Shown here: positions 50,260-62,191 of the stretch, piece after piece
Layout: every line of letters begins with the position of its first letter
Position numbering within the stretch: position 1 is the first letter of the stretch
Assembly (NCBI GenBank): GCA_051294375.1
Contig: CM119264.1
Location: 14,410,682 to 14,474,681, forward strand
Length of the DNA: 64,000 nt
Direction of reading: 5' to 3'
Source of the DNA: Paraspadella gotoi
Taxonomy: Eukaryota; Animalia; Chaetognatha
Position numbers and translations under genes: made by a program
The notes under the pieces: generated by a model
Database searches by the model: none
What the model was told of the DNA's origin: nothing
Seen by the model: only the letters and a program-made list of their open reading frames with translations

Positions 50260-52813
50260 TCCCTTTTTCTTTCTTACCCCCTGAAACATTTCCAGAATGA
50301 GATTGTAGATTCCGTCTCCTCCCGAGTGAACTTTGACCTTAAGATCCTCTAAAGAGGATGACAACTCCTTGACGACCAGAGTTCCTCCTTGGAAGATGAC
50401 GGTGGCCGAGGCAACCACACCACGGCCGGTAATCTCAAGGCCACCCGAGTGACGGGCCAGTCTCATCTTGAAAATCAAATTGATAGATTGATCGACAATC
50501 TGAATAAGATTTAAATTCGTGTTTTAAACTTACCTTTAATTTTCCCCTCGTTCCAACCTCCCACCTCCAGTCTCCCGTCAGAGAAGCTTCGTCAATTCTG
50601 AGTTGAAGGGTGAAGACGCCGTTGGCTGCGCTGCCCGAGCAGACCCCTGAGGGATTGACGATTGAAGGAAAGATTGAGAGAAATGCGGCGAATCAATGAC
50701 AACTATGGAACGAATAGATCTGAACTCTCACCCTTGATAACCCTCGACACTTTTTGGTTCCTCAGCCACCATTTCGCCATCCCGCTTTTCCCCTCGGCGT
50801 CCTTCAGCTGCAGATTCTGGAGGTGCTGAACTGCTAAGTTGGCCACCTTGTCAACGATCTTGTCGATGGCGCTCGGGGAGACTCTCAGCGTCATTCCCGG
50901 TGGCCGAGGAGGCGATTTAGGGGCTGAGGCTGCGTCGAGGCTGCGAAATAGCGAATTTACACAATTACAGCTTTTATTATTTCCAATTTTCGTGTGACTT
51001 TTAAGTAACGTTTTTTTTTTCTTCATTTTATATTTTGAAAATTAGTATTACCTGCCATCCGCCACCCCACCGGCGCTCAATTCTTCGAACAATGAAGCCA
51101 TGGCGCATTTTTGGGCCATATTCGGCGCCAAACTTTGAAGTGCAGCGGAGCCGGCCATTTTTAGGAACTCGGCGTCGTGAAATCCCTCTCTGCGAAGGCG
51201 GCGTTGGTAATCGTCGCTGATCTTAAATTTGTCGAAAAGAAGTTGCAGCCGAGAAGCGACGACGTCGGCGCCAGCGGGACGCCGCGGAGAGTCTGCAGGC
51301 GACAATAACAATAAAATCGAAGTCAGTGTCAGGAACCTTTTGCGGAATAGACCTTCAACTGGCAACGAGCGTCGAAGAAAACCCATCGACGCCTTGGCGC
51401 CCGACAAGGTCATGGCGCCAAGGCTCCTGATCCTGTAATACATTGTGGATCCACGGGTTTTCAAAACCCCCAACGATGCGCAAAAAGAGGTCAGGGCGCC
51501 CAAACGTTCGAGTTTTCGTAACATTCGCCGCCACAGCTCCAACACGCCGTGCTTCTTTCCATTACCCGATCCGCCGACAGCGGCGACGTCGTTTCCGTTT
51601 CCTGATGCGCCGCTCAAATGAGACTCGAGTGACGACAAAAACGCCGCCTTTTCGTTAGGAAGACAAAAGACGCGTTTGTCTTTGAGGAGGAACTCGAGCC
51701 AATTGCCCGGAACGGGTCGCCAGGCCGGAGCCGCGGAAGTTGGGGGGGTGCATACGGCGAGGATGGCCCGGCGGAGCTTCGAGGCGTACATTAGCTGAAA
51801 AAAATATAGAAAAAATAACGTATTAGATAAAAGTCTTTTTTGGAATAAAATTGGTAATGGTAATTTGGACCATTGTCCTCGTTTCCTTGAAACTTCTGTT
51901 CAACCCTCCTCTTTCCTTCATCCGTATTTGCTGCAACCAAACCTGTAGTTTACCCGCCGTCGACCTTTCGTACTCTGCCGAGACGACGACGATGAAAACT
52001 GCGGCGCCGTAGATTGACGACGCCACGTTATCGGGCAAAGAGGCGGCGCCCTCTGCGACGTCGGCGCCGTCGGGGGCGTTCCGGACATCGACGAACCGCT
52101 TGTCGGAGTCGCGGAGAATCTCCAGAACGAGGCAATCCTCCTGTTGGTGATCGTCGTTGAGAGGAAGGGCGCTGCATCTGCTGACGAATGCGTCGTAGTT
52201 AGCCGATGGAAGCAGGAGGCGACCCTTGTTGTCGGCGTAGGAATCCGAGTTTGACAGGAGGCTGGGTTCAAGGAATTAGCTTTATCGATGACATGGAAAA
52301 GTAAAAGATAAAAAAAATTCAAAAGTAATCAGCCGCAGGCTTTAATTATGAGAAACCAAAACAAATGCGCATTGAATAAACATGCAGGTACCCTTGAGTT
52401 CATAATCTAATAATTGTTTATTTTCTCAGGATAAATAAAAGCCAACTCATTCGCACCGTTTTATTCATACTCATTGTACTCTCTTTAATTTCGTCAACTC
52501 CTTCCTCCACCAACCTCGTATTGAACCCGCCACCGCCACGAGTGACAACGTTAACGCCGCCGGCGACTTTCCCGATTTCTCCAATCGGCGAATAGTTGAG
52601 GATGAAGGCGCCGCGAAGATCGTGAGTCACGTGAACGCCGAGGGGCTTAGGCCCAGTCAAGGACGCCGGCGCCACGCTGACTTGAGGCGATGGCGCTATA
52701 GACGCCACAGGGCGAGGAACCAACTGCGGTTGAATAAACGAGGGTGAAAAGGACGTCATGGTACTATTAGCCTCGCTAATCATAGGTAGAGGAAGCTTGT
52801 AGTTGACGCAATT
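47717..52813 (-). CDS. TIR_2-SAM-BPI/LBP fusion protein; exons 52813-52515, 52261-51943, 51794-51052, 50940-50732, 50646-50534, 50466-50278, 49981-49659, 48553-48202, 47974-47717 (about 930 aa; further 5' exons possible near 53250-53310)
   Basis: All 8 GT-AG junctions are phase-compatible; TIR motifs YDAFVS, VFIVVVSAEYERS, YA...ILAV, GNWL; SAM-like RREGFHDAEFL...LQSL..NM; BPI/LBP motifs PGMTLRVS, LTGDWRW, VHSGGDGIYNLI, FFNSFLHASG, IPRIN...GVNL, VAADL. Confidence 0.8.
48637..49552. mobile_element. Intronic MITE with ~30-bp terminal inverted repeats
   Basis: CACGCATTTCAAATGGGAGGGAAATGAAA vs TTTCATTTCACTCCCATTTGAAATCCGTG; TA on the left flank. Confidence 0.75.
49157..49202 (-). ncRNA. Minimal type I hammerhead ribozyme motif (Penelope-like element associated), weak helix I
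   Basis: Minus strand CTGATGA-A-GACTT-gaatca-AAGTC-GAAACATGTC; the 3' flank resembles that of the 60960 copy. Confidence 0.65.
50030..50255. repeat. Compound (TTCA)n/(TTTC)n/(TTTA)n/(CT)n microsatellite; (GAAA)n also at 53483-53572
   Basis: Direct inspection. Confidence 0.9.
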
Positions 52814-53484
52814 CTAATTTGTTTATAATGCGAATTCAACAAGGTTGATTCAGTATATCAACTAACATTGACTAAGTCTGAGCAAACGAATACATAATAA
52901 AATAAAGAGAAAAAAAAACAGTTAATTAAATAAAATTAATTAATTAATACGTAAACAAAAATTGTTTTTATGTTTATGTTTATAACTAAAGGCACCTGAT
53001 TCTCCGTAGGTTCCATTTTTAATTTAGGGATACCTTCCTTTTTCTATTTGGCAAAAAATTTTATGTTCGTCACTGTTTTTTTTTCACATATATTGCTGAA
53101 TATTGAATACTTATTATTCATGCTGGGAATTAAGTTTTTTTTGTTGTTGGCTTTTCGCTCGATGCGGGTTACTAACTAGACTTTCAAAAAAAATTGCTCT
53201 GATTCGTCAAAAACTTTTTTTCCCTCGAATCAGCTGTGAATAATATTCAACCGGATCCTTGAGGAATTTCGTCGTCGTTTCGTAATAGTCGTCTTTATCG
53301 TCTCCGTTGACTTAATCATTAAATAATGTATTAGAAGAATTAGAATATAAAAAACAAATATAAAAAGTCTTCTAGAGAGCATAAAAGAGAAAAAAAAAGA
53401 AAGATAAAAAGAAAAAGAAATGAAAAAACATAAACGTGGCTGAAAAAAAAAGGAAAAAAGTAACAAGGAACAAAATCAGAGAAA

Positions 53485-53552
<68 letters not shown>

Positions 53553-53966
53553 AGAAAGAAAGAAAGAAAGAAGGAAGTAATGAAAGAAGGAAAATGCGAT
53601 CAAAACGATAAATTAAGCTATTATTACTATGACTACTATTACTATTAAAGAGAAAAAAGAACCCCAAAAAATCGATGCTAAGAAAAAATACAAACAAAAA
53701 TCTATCAAATGCTTTTAAAATTTAATAGAATATTTCTTTTGAAAACGTAAATTACTTTTCGCCCTTGTAATTTTCCAAGTATTACCCCGTCGCGCCTAAA
53801 AGCAAACGTATTGAAGTATCTGGATCTAAGCCCTTGTAAAATTTCGTAAATGCTCAATTAAGAAATCTTTGCAACCCTTATTATATGGCTCTGCCCTTTC
53901 CTTAATAAATCGTCGATTGCAAAATCTTCCTGAAGAAAACTCGTGACCCAGGGCTTTCTATTTGTT

Positions 53967-54100
53967 GAGGACCAATCATGGGTCGAGAGAGGACCAATCA
54001 AGAGTCGGAACAAGCGTTAACCAGGGCACGAAAGAGGACCAATCATGAGGAAGAACATCGTCTCCCGGATTTTACCTTTAAGTCATGGTCCAATCGGTTG
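53967..54100. promoter_or_regulatory. Clustered CCAAT (NF-Y-type) boxes between divergent genes
   Basis: GAGGACCAATCA x3 (about 53967, 53989, 54034) plus GGTCCAATCG at about 54087. Confidence 0.4.
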
Positions 54101-54449
54101 GCGCCGAAAAACCAGTTTCGACACGAAGACAAGATCAGCACGAAGGCGAGCGTGACTTACCTTCTACGGAAAGAAAACGAACGAGTTACTTACCAAATTT
54201 TTCAAACTTCGACTGCCAAACTTAAAAAATCGTTAAATTTAAATATTTTAAATATTTCAATATTTTGCTGAATTTTCGCTTCCGCGAAAATGACGATACT
54301 TACTTTAGGACCGGAGAAAGGTCCGGAAGGCGAGAAGGCAGCGACAGAGGAAAAGGTGATGTGACGTCATTGTTGTCCCCATTGTTTCATTGTGATAATT
54401 GTTGTCTTGTTGTCTTGTCTGGGCAAGGAGCCATCCATAAATTAACTTG

Positions 54450-56549
54450 ATGATGAACGGTCCGTGGGAAAAGATCCATGCAGATAAAGACGATGACCAG
54501 AACAAAGTTTTTCTTCTCTCCCAAGCCGTTTTGAAACGCGCTATCTACGTAATATCACTCCTTGTAATACAATTTTTGCTTCAACCATTTTGTTTCAACC
54601 ATTTTCATTTATTCCTTTGAAGGCTCCGGAACCCATTGCGCCCGCGCCTGAACCAGTTCCGGTGGAGGTCAAGAATCCTCGAAGATCATGTTCGATCGCC
54701 ATCGCCGTTTTTCTCGGTACTTCTACGAATACTATTGATACTAATTGTATATACTAATTGTTTACTATACTCGGCCCTTGGGCTCGGCAATTGAAGAATT
54801 TTGTTGCTGAAGAGACAGTAATTATTGATAAGTGTTAATGACAGAACCGTTCAATATAAGCAGTCCCTGAGCTTCGGATCAGGCTGTAACACCATGTTAC
54901 AGGCGGGTTAAGCGCCCCGTCCCTCTTCACTGCCAGACGACCACCGGGCTAGAACCCCGGACCTTTTGGATTGGGAGGCGAATGACTTGCCTCCGGCACC
55001 AACGACCGCTGATGAACGGTTGGTGGATTTTGGTCCACCATATTGCTCGGTTTCTTTGCAATCAATCTAAACGTCACAAGACAATTTTTTTTGTAGCTTT
55101 GGTTATCATCGGAGCCCTTGTCGGGCTTGGCCTCTGGTTCGGTCTGGGTAAAAATCGCAAACACGGCTTCTGCAACGTTCGTTACATCGATGGAAAGCGG
55201 TAAGAACATAACGAAATAGACACCGATTTGATAAGAAAATTTTATTTATATTGTGTTTGTAATTTTATATAAATGATAAGCTACATTAATAGTCGGTTTT
55301 CACTTATTTTATTTGTAAGAGCGTAAGTTATAATTAAATTAATTATGTTATAATTGTTTAGGGTGGTTTTAATAAATCAGATAAAAGTTGGCAAAAATGA
55401 CCGAATTTCGATTGAAAGAAACCGCGCTAATACTTCGCAGTTCGCCGGCTTTTTTTCCCACAACGCACCATTTTATCTTAAATTCGGAATTAAGTTAATT
55501 TTTTGAGTTAAGAATAGGTTATGGTTTAGGACTTGGTTTATGATTAGGGTTAGGTATTTGGGTTAGATGTTAAGGTTAGAAATTAGGGATTACGATTAAG
55601 GGTCATGGTTTATAATTAGTTTATAATTTATAAACTAATTTTTAACCCTCATCCTAATTATAAACCATGACCCTTAATCGTAATCCCTAATTTCTAATAT
55701 AATATAAATATAAAAACATATTTAGGTTAAATATCAAGGTTAAAATTAACTTCTGGGATAAACGAACAGAAATGGGGCACTCTCGGAAAAGAGAGCGCGG
55801 TTCTCATGTTCCAAACGGATTTCTCTCCTCGTAATCGCCAGATGTCTTGAATGCCCTCTCCCTGAATCTAATGAAGATGATCAATGTCGAAACCCCCGAG
55901 CACTAATTTCGTAATATATAGAAAATCTTTCCCCGCAAAGTTACAAAAACTACACGGAGAATGTGGACGTCAAATCCCCCACATGTCAAGTGATGGAGGT
56001 GCCGAAATTGGGGGCGTGGCACCGAGCGCGATTCATTCACGACTTCGATGTGAACAAGACGGCCATTCACGACATCGACAACCGCGTTTGCTTCGTGATG
56101 CAGCTGAACAGGAGCGTCGTACCCCCGCCCAAGAACTTTACGGATTTCTTCGAGAAGTTCCAGGTATTAGGGAAGAGCTAAAAAAAAAAGTATTATAATT
56201 ATTTCATGAATTTATCGTTTTTTATCTACAGGAGGGCGTCTACAACGTGAACGCGACGGTCGTCAGCCGCACGATGCACGTGACTCGAGGTCCGCTGACG
56301 TGGGATCAGCTTCGCCGTTACGGAAACTACATCCCGTACGAGTGCGTCTACGTCGACACTTTCGACATAGCCCCCGGCAAGAGCCGCCACCACAGGATCA
56401 CCGAGCAACGTTTCTTCGACATGGGTAAGAGCGAAATATGTTTTGCTAAAAATTCCTGGATAGTATTAAGGTTATTATGACCAGAGATGCAGAGGCAATC
56501 CCAAAACCGGACAAGAACGCGTTGGACGCGATTTTTGTTTAGGTGGTAA
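54450..56549 (+). CDS. ITM2-like type II membrane BRICHOS protein 1 (6 exons; last-exon acceptor uncertain)
   Basis: TM IAIAVFLALVIIGALVGLGLWF; HGFC; BRICHOS VPKLG...IHDFDVNKTAIHD...CFVMQLNRSVVPPPKNF...YGNYIPYEC; RHHR site. Confidence 0.88.
54845..55035 (-). mobile_element. tRNA-derived SINE, intronic
   Basis: A-box-like TGGTGCCGGAGG and B-box-like GGTTCTAGCCC on the minus strand; body shared with 26962-27100. Confidence 0.75.
55419..55803. repeat. Intronic element with degenerate TTAGGG-like tract and an internal ~44-bp inverted repeat (55576-55619 / 55654-55697)
   Basis: Direct inspection; short terminal inverted match AACCGCGCT / AGCGCGGTT. Confidence 0.55.
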
Positions 56550-57336
56550 ACTCGGATTACAGAAAAAAAATTAGGGAGAAAAAAGCGAAAGCAAAAGTGG
56601 AAGAATAAAAAAACTTTTTGTAATTTTATTTTTATTGTCTTTCTCTCTCTTTTTTTTATATAAAAAATATTTATTTAATCTAATCTTTTTCAATTAAAAA
56701 TATTTAAAAAACTTTATGAAAGAGCCAGAAGCAAACTAGAGGCAATCCGGGTAAAAAAAATAGAAAGCTAATGCAAAAACAAAGGCGAGGAGACTTTCGG
56801 GAGGCGAGGAGGAGAGCCGGTCAAAATTCCTCGCTTCCAGCATCAACTTTTTTATTATTATTATGAAAACTAGTACCATGTAGCAGTAGTATTATATGTA
56901 ATTTATATTTAATTTAATTCTTTATAGGAATCGACTATCACATCCATCGCCACTGAAGATGGGACATTTCAAAAGCAGTAGAGAATGAAGTACATTACCA
57001 AGACCACTCACATGCTGCTTTACTAATCTCTCTCTAAACTCATTACACATGAGGTTTTCAAGATCCCTTAAATTTTATGTTTTATGCAGGTCTTTCAAAA
57101 AATACAAAAATGAAATATATTTATTCATTTTTTTAGATAATTTTTTTAACTAAACCGTGATCAAAAAAATATAATTCTTGTTTTATTGAAAATTTAATTT
57201 TTTTTAATCGTTCTCATATATAGGACAAGAAGCTAGATTTTACTTTTACACAAAGAATTGTAAATGTAACCAGGTTATATTATTCTTGACTGGCTGTAAT
57301 AAAACGAATTATGAAAAACCCCTTGCCGTCGAACTA

Positions 57337-58196
57337 CACTGCAGCGCAAAAAAAGTAGCTTTAAATACCATTATTTTTTTTAATTTTAAGGTATAATTTT
57401 TTTAAAGAGTTATTAGTATAAACAAATTTTATATTGTTCAAGCAGTAGAATATAACAAGACTTTCAAATCAGAATCTTAAAATGGAATTGGGAAAAAATG
57501 ATTTTTAAGGTTTAATATTGATAATACTTCTTTTTCTGATTGATATTTATATTATAAAATTAATAAAATCATAATGGAATTAAACATATAAAGGGGTTGA
57601 TAATAAATTTGTATTACTTTTTTATAAATATACATATATATAAATATATGGCATTTTAATAATAAATATTGAAAACAATCAATTTTTTTAAAATTTTCTC
57701 AAAATTAAAAAATAATTTTATGATAAAAAATTAATTTTAATATAATTATAAAAGTTTATATTAGTCTGTTTTAATATAAGATTCCATAAAAGAAAACTTT
57801 GATATGAAAAAACTTTAAAAGTAACTTTGGGTAATTATCACTTAACTGCTTTTTTTATTTTTAAAAGATTATTTTTCTATATAGTTTTCTTATTTATTTT
57901 AATTTGATTTAGGTTGAAAATGGTTGACACCTATCCCTACAGATATTTGATGCTGAATTCGTTCAGCTAATTTTATATTATAAATATATTGTAATAAAAT
58001 AAATTTATTAATTTATTTTCATCAGATATTTTGTACCAATGGACTTTGACATCCTTTAACTTTCGGACTTTGAATTTAATAGGACCTGGAGAAATCGCTT
58101 TATCTTTCAATAAGATTTATTTTATATTCTTATATATTTATAAAATTCATTCATCTAATATAAAAAAAGTGGCTACTTTTTTTTTGCGCCGCAGTG
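57337..58196. mobile_element. Tc1/mariner-type MITE
   Basis: TA-CACTGCAGCGCAAAAAAAGTAGC ... GCTACTTTTTTTTTGCGCCGCAGTG-TA; AT-rich non-coding interior. Confidence 0.85.
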
Positions 58197-58702
58197 TAGA
58201 TCGATAAAGATGGCTTTTTTGTATTGTCGCGGGTTAGATTCGACTCAGAAAACAAATGATCCAAAAACATTTTGACAAACTTGAAAAGGCCTTATAGAGA
58301 TAAGTTTTACCTTTTTTAAACGTTTATCATAATGATATGATGGAGGAAGACACTATCTAAAAAGAATATTATTATATTATATTATGAAAATTTTCAAATT
58401 ACTTGTTATTACTTGTTATTATTATAAAAATATTATTTAAGGAGCTTAAGTGCATTCGTGGACGCATCCCGTCACTTCCTATCCACCGTCCAAGTTTTTG
58501 TCCGGGCCCGGTCACGATTATTTTAAAAACGATCGATTCGCCTCGAAAATCGAATTGTGTCAAGTTCATTTCTCTTTTAGTAAAGTGCGTAGCTTGAAGC
58601 GGAACAAAGTTACGCAAATACTCCGAAAAATATAATACTAAGATTCTGTCTGACCTATTACTGATTAAGATTTAATATATTTGCTTTTATATTTATACAG
58701 AA

Positions 58703-60065
58703 ATGACGATCCTCATCAAAATTACGCCTCATAAACCAGAATTGGAAGACAGTAAAGTTCCGGTTGAATCCACGGTTTGTATGTAACCATAACGTCGTAG
58801 ACTGATTTACAAATATAAACAGTTCTTGGTTTTAGGACACCACTTCAGTACAATTTGTGGCTGTGAGCAAACCTGGGAAAAGACGGCTCAGTACAAAACT
58901 TGTCCTTCTAATCCTCGTCGGGATTATCGGTAACAAGCGATTTAAAAAATCTGAGAAGCGTTTCTTATTTATTGGCATTCTTAGTCGTTTAGACTTAGTA
59001 CCGTTTTATTCCTGGATCGCCGAACAAAAAGAAAAAACAAAATCGCATAGAAGAAGCTACTTATCATTTTATACATTTGATCCAGGAATAGCCGTCGTTT
59101 TTTTGACGAGCGGATTCATCGGAGGGTATTTCACAAACGTCGTCGTTCAAAGACACGGATTTTGTAGCATAAAATACATAGATGAAGACAGGTAAAAACT
59201 GCTTTGCTGCAAGGGATGGGAGTGAACGTTATTCTTAGGCAAAATTAATTTCGTTCAAAGCATTTAGGACACTAACGAATTTTAATGGACGGTTTAGCTA
59301 TGGTTTCCAACTAAATTTACGGTCATGATGATGGAAGTAAGATGGCAATTATCGCATCCTCGAACCACCTCTTGATCATCCCCCCCCCCACAAAAGGTCA
59401 GGGACTTGCGAGCTCGAGGTTAACATCCCTACCGACGATGCTGAGATCCTGGAGGTGCCGGAGATTGGCGAGTGGAGTCGGGGGAGAATCATTCACGACT
59501 TCATCGCCAACAAGACGGCCATTTTGAGTTACGACGACGACGTCGGCGATGATTTGGAAAACGTCTGTTTCGTCATGGATTTGGATCGTTCCGTGGTGCA
59601 AACCCTCCAGTTGTGGGTTTTGAATTCTGAACAGCAAGGGTGGATGATCCAAAACAATTGGGGAAAAAAATGTCAATTAGTCAGTTGTACGAGAAACAAT
59701 AAACAATAAACAATAAACGAACAGTAAATGAACAATACGCATCGGCGATCAATAAGTCTCTTAGATGATGTTCCACAAGGAATTGTCCCCATCACGAGTT
59801 GAAAAATAATTCTATAACGAGTTTATTCCACTTTATGAGGACAGAATGGACAATACCTGCCGCACGTCGAAGTGGTTCGTCGGGAAATGTTTGCGGACGG
59901 AGGGCCGAAGACGGAGGCTGAGCTTGGGAGGTTCGGATCTTTCATCCGAGAAGCCTGCAAGAATCTCAAAAGCTACACTCTCAAACGTCTGGGAGCGGGA
60001 GCTCTTCCTGGCAGGGACATCGATCTCAGGAGTTTCGGTGAAGGGAGGCAGGGAGAGAAGGGAGG

Positions 60066-60155
<90 letters not shown>

Positions 60156-60265
60156 AATATTTTATTTTAAACATTTTAGGTATCCTACACCCTCAGCGAG
60201 GAAGCAAGATGGGAGGTTTTCTCGGAATGTCCAAAAAAAAGCTAAAAAATCGTCTTCGAAGTTAA
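58703..60265 (+). CDS. ITM2-like BRICHOS protein 2
   Basis: MTILIKITP start; TM; HGFCSIKY; VPEIGEWSRGRIIHDFIANKTAI...CFVMDLDRSVV; FGSFIREACKNLKSYTLKR; same exon layout as paralog 1. Confidence 0.87.
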
Positions 60266-60829
60266 AACTTGCAAATTTGAAACTGTAAATTTTCGGCGAC
60301 ATATGATTTGCTATTATAAAAGCAGTTACAGTTTGCCTTGAATGGGATCACTTCAGCTGGAAATACATTTATTTTCATATTCATTCGAATTTTAAACTCA
60401 TTTGATGCATCAAAGTTTTCTATAATAAGTTCAAAACTGGTTTTTACGAAATACATAACCTATTTTTGGCCGAGTTATAATAAAACATCTTGGCTGCTCA
60501 AACAAAACAACATTCCAGGAATTTTTAGTAATTCTGGAATTTTTTTTATTGCTAATGTTTAATGCTTCTTTCATTTTCTTTTCTTAGTTCTTAGCATATT
60601 ACATTTTGCTATATTCCACGTAAATTTAATCACTTCTGAAATGACCAGAAATGTTCTTACTTTTTTAATGAAAGAAAAATTGCACCGTAGAGAATGATTC
60701 AAAATAAAATAACATGCGTGTCGATCCTAAAAAAAATATCTAGGAAACTGTCTGTTTTCTGCTTCTCAAATAATGTAATCGTTTTGCTGACTGATTCTTT
60801 TTCAATATATAAATTGCTAGTTCGTCATA

Positions 60830-62191
60830 ATGACTATTATACACGTGGTACCGAGAAAAACGGAGCCAGAAAACGAACTTCCTCAAAAAAAGGTATTACT
60901 GACCGTAAGCCTAGTTTTTTATATTTTTTTAGTATTAGTGAAAAGTTTTAAAATCAAATAACGCTGATGAAGGCTTAAAATTCAAGCCGAAACATGTCCG
61001 TTTTCCTTTGAAAATAAAAAATCGTTATTGAAATTCGTTTAAAACTTTTCACTAATATTTTTACACAACGAAAAGAAACTTTATAACACAATTTTTTTAG
61101 TGTACATTCTGCTTTGGTGCAATCAAAGTTTCTATTAATTTAATTAATAAGCTATCTTGCAAGATAATAACATAGCAAGCTTTCAATAAAGACTGTTTAT
61201 AGTCAGATTTATCCACCCTAAGTACGTGGCTTCCCTATAAAGGATGTGGTATGTTTCTAAGAATGTTTCAATTCCATATTGTATTTTAGCGTCTTCCACC
61301 GGGATTTGTGGTTGTGAATCAAGCGGGAAGATTTTCAACGAAGCTTTTCACCCTTGTACTCATCAGCTTCTTTGGTAATAATAAAGTTGTAAAATAATCG
61401 CATGATTGAACGTAGTTCAATTATAATTTAATTTAATATTGTAGGACTCTTAACAATCGGTCTCATCACCGGCTTCACTCTTTGGCTAACGATCCGCCTC
61501 CGTTATCCGCCTCATGGCAATTACATTATCAACGGCGACGGAACTGAGTAAATCTAGGATTTCCATAAGATTTATCTAAGATTTAAGATTTAACGGTTCT
61601 TTTTTCCACTTCCAAGATCTTCCGGAGACTCGAAATCCACTATAGGAATCCCCGACGCCCTGGACACGTCGGAATGGCGCTTGGGACGAATCGTAGAGGG
61701 CTTCGATAAGTTCGTCGCTCTTGTCGACAGAGAAAAGGGGTGGTGCTTCCTCATCGCCGTCAACGGATCAGCTGGGATGTCTATGAAGGACACGCGGTTT
61801 TTAGTTGTCGAAACACCGGAAAGTACTACACAACCGTTTTTTATTTGATTTTTATTATTTCTCTTTGGTTTTTTTCCCATTTTGTTTTTGAAACCATTTT
61901 TGAAAGTTTTTTGTTTAGTTTAACGTTAATTAAGTTAAAAATTTTACTAATAATATGATATTGATCTGAATCGAAAACGATTTTTAACAGATGGAGCAAC
62001 ATCATCTAAACCGGACAGCTGGACAACGCGTTATGCTTATGGTGATCGATCGCGGGCCTCTTGAGAACAAGGAGCTCGCCGACTTTGGAGACGCAATTGT
62101 CGAATCCTGTGGGGATTTAAGGAGCTTTACGCTCAAGCATGCCAAACCTCTTCTAAATGCTAATATTACTACAACAGTAGAAAACAGCTAA
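60830..62191 (+). CDS. Divergent ITM2-like BRICHOS protein 3 (3' end uncertain; possible last exon at 62331-62374)
   Basis: MTIIHVVPRK exon; RFSTKLFTLVLISFF/GLLTIGLITGF TM; EWRLGRIVEGF...WCFLI; FGDAIVESCGDLRSFTLK; exon layout matches the paralogs. Confidence 0.75.
60960..61002 (+). ncRNA. Minimal type I hammerhead ribozyme motif in intron 1 of BRICHOS gene 3
   Basis: AACG-CTGATGA-A-GGCTT-aaaattc-AAGCC-GAAACATGTC-CGTT: complete core, 5-bp helix II, palindromic helix III ACATGT, GUC cleavage triplet, helix I AACG/CGTT. Confidence 0.8.

Noticed and set aside
55515-55700. TTAGGG-like repeats as a telomere
   Set aside because: Highly degenerate, intronic and part of an inverted repeat
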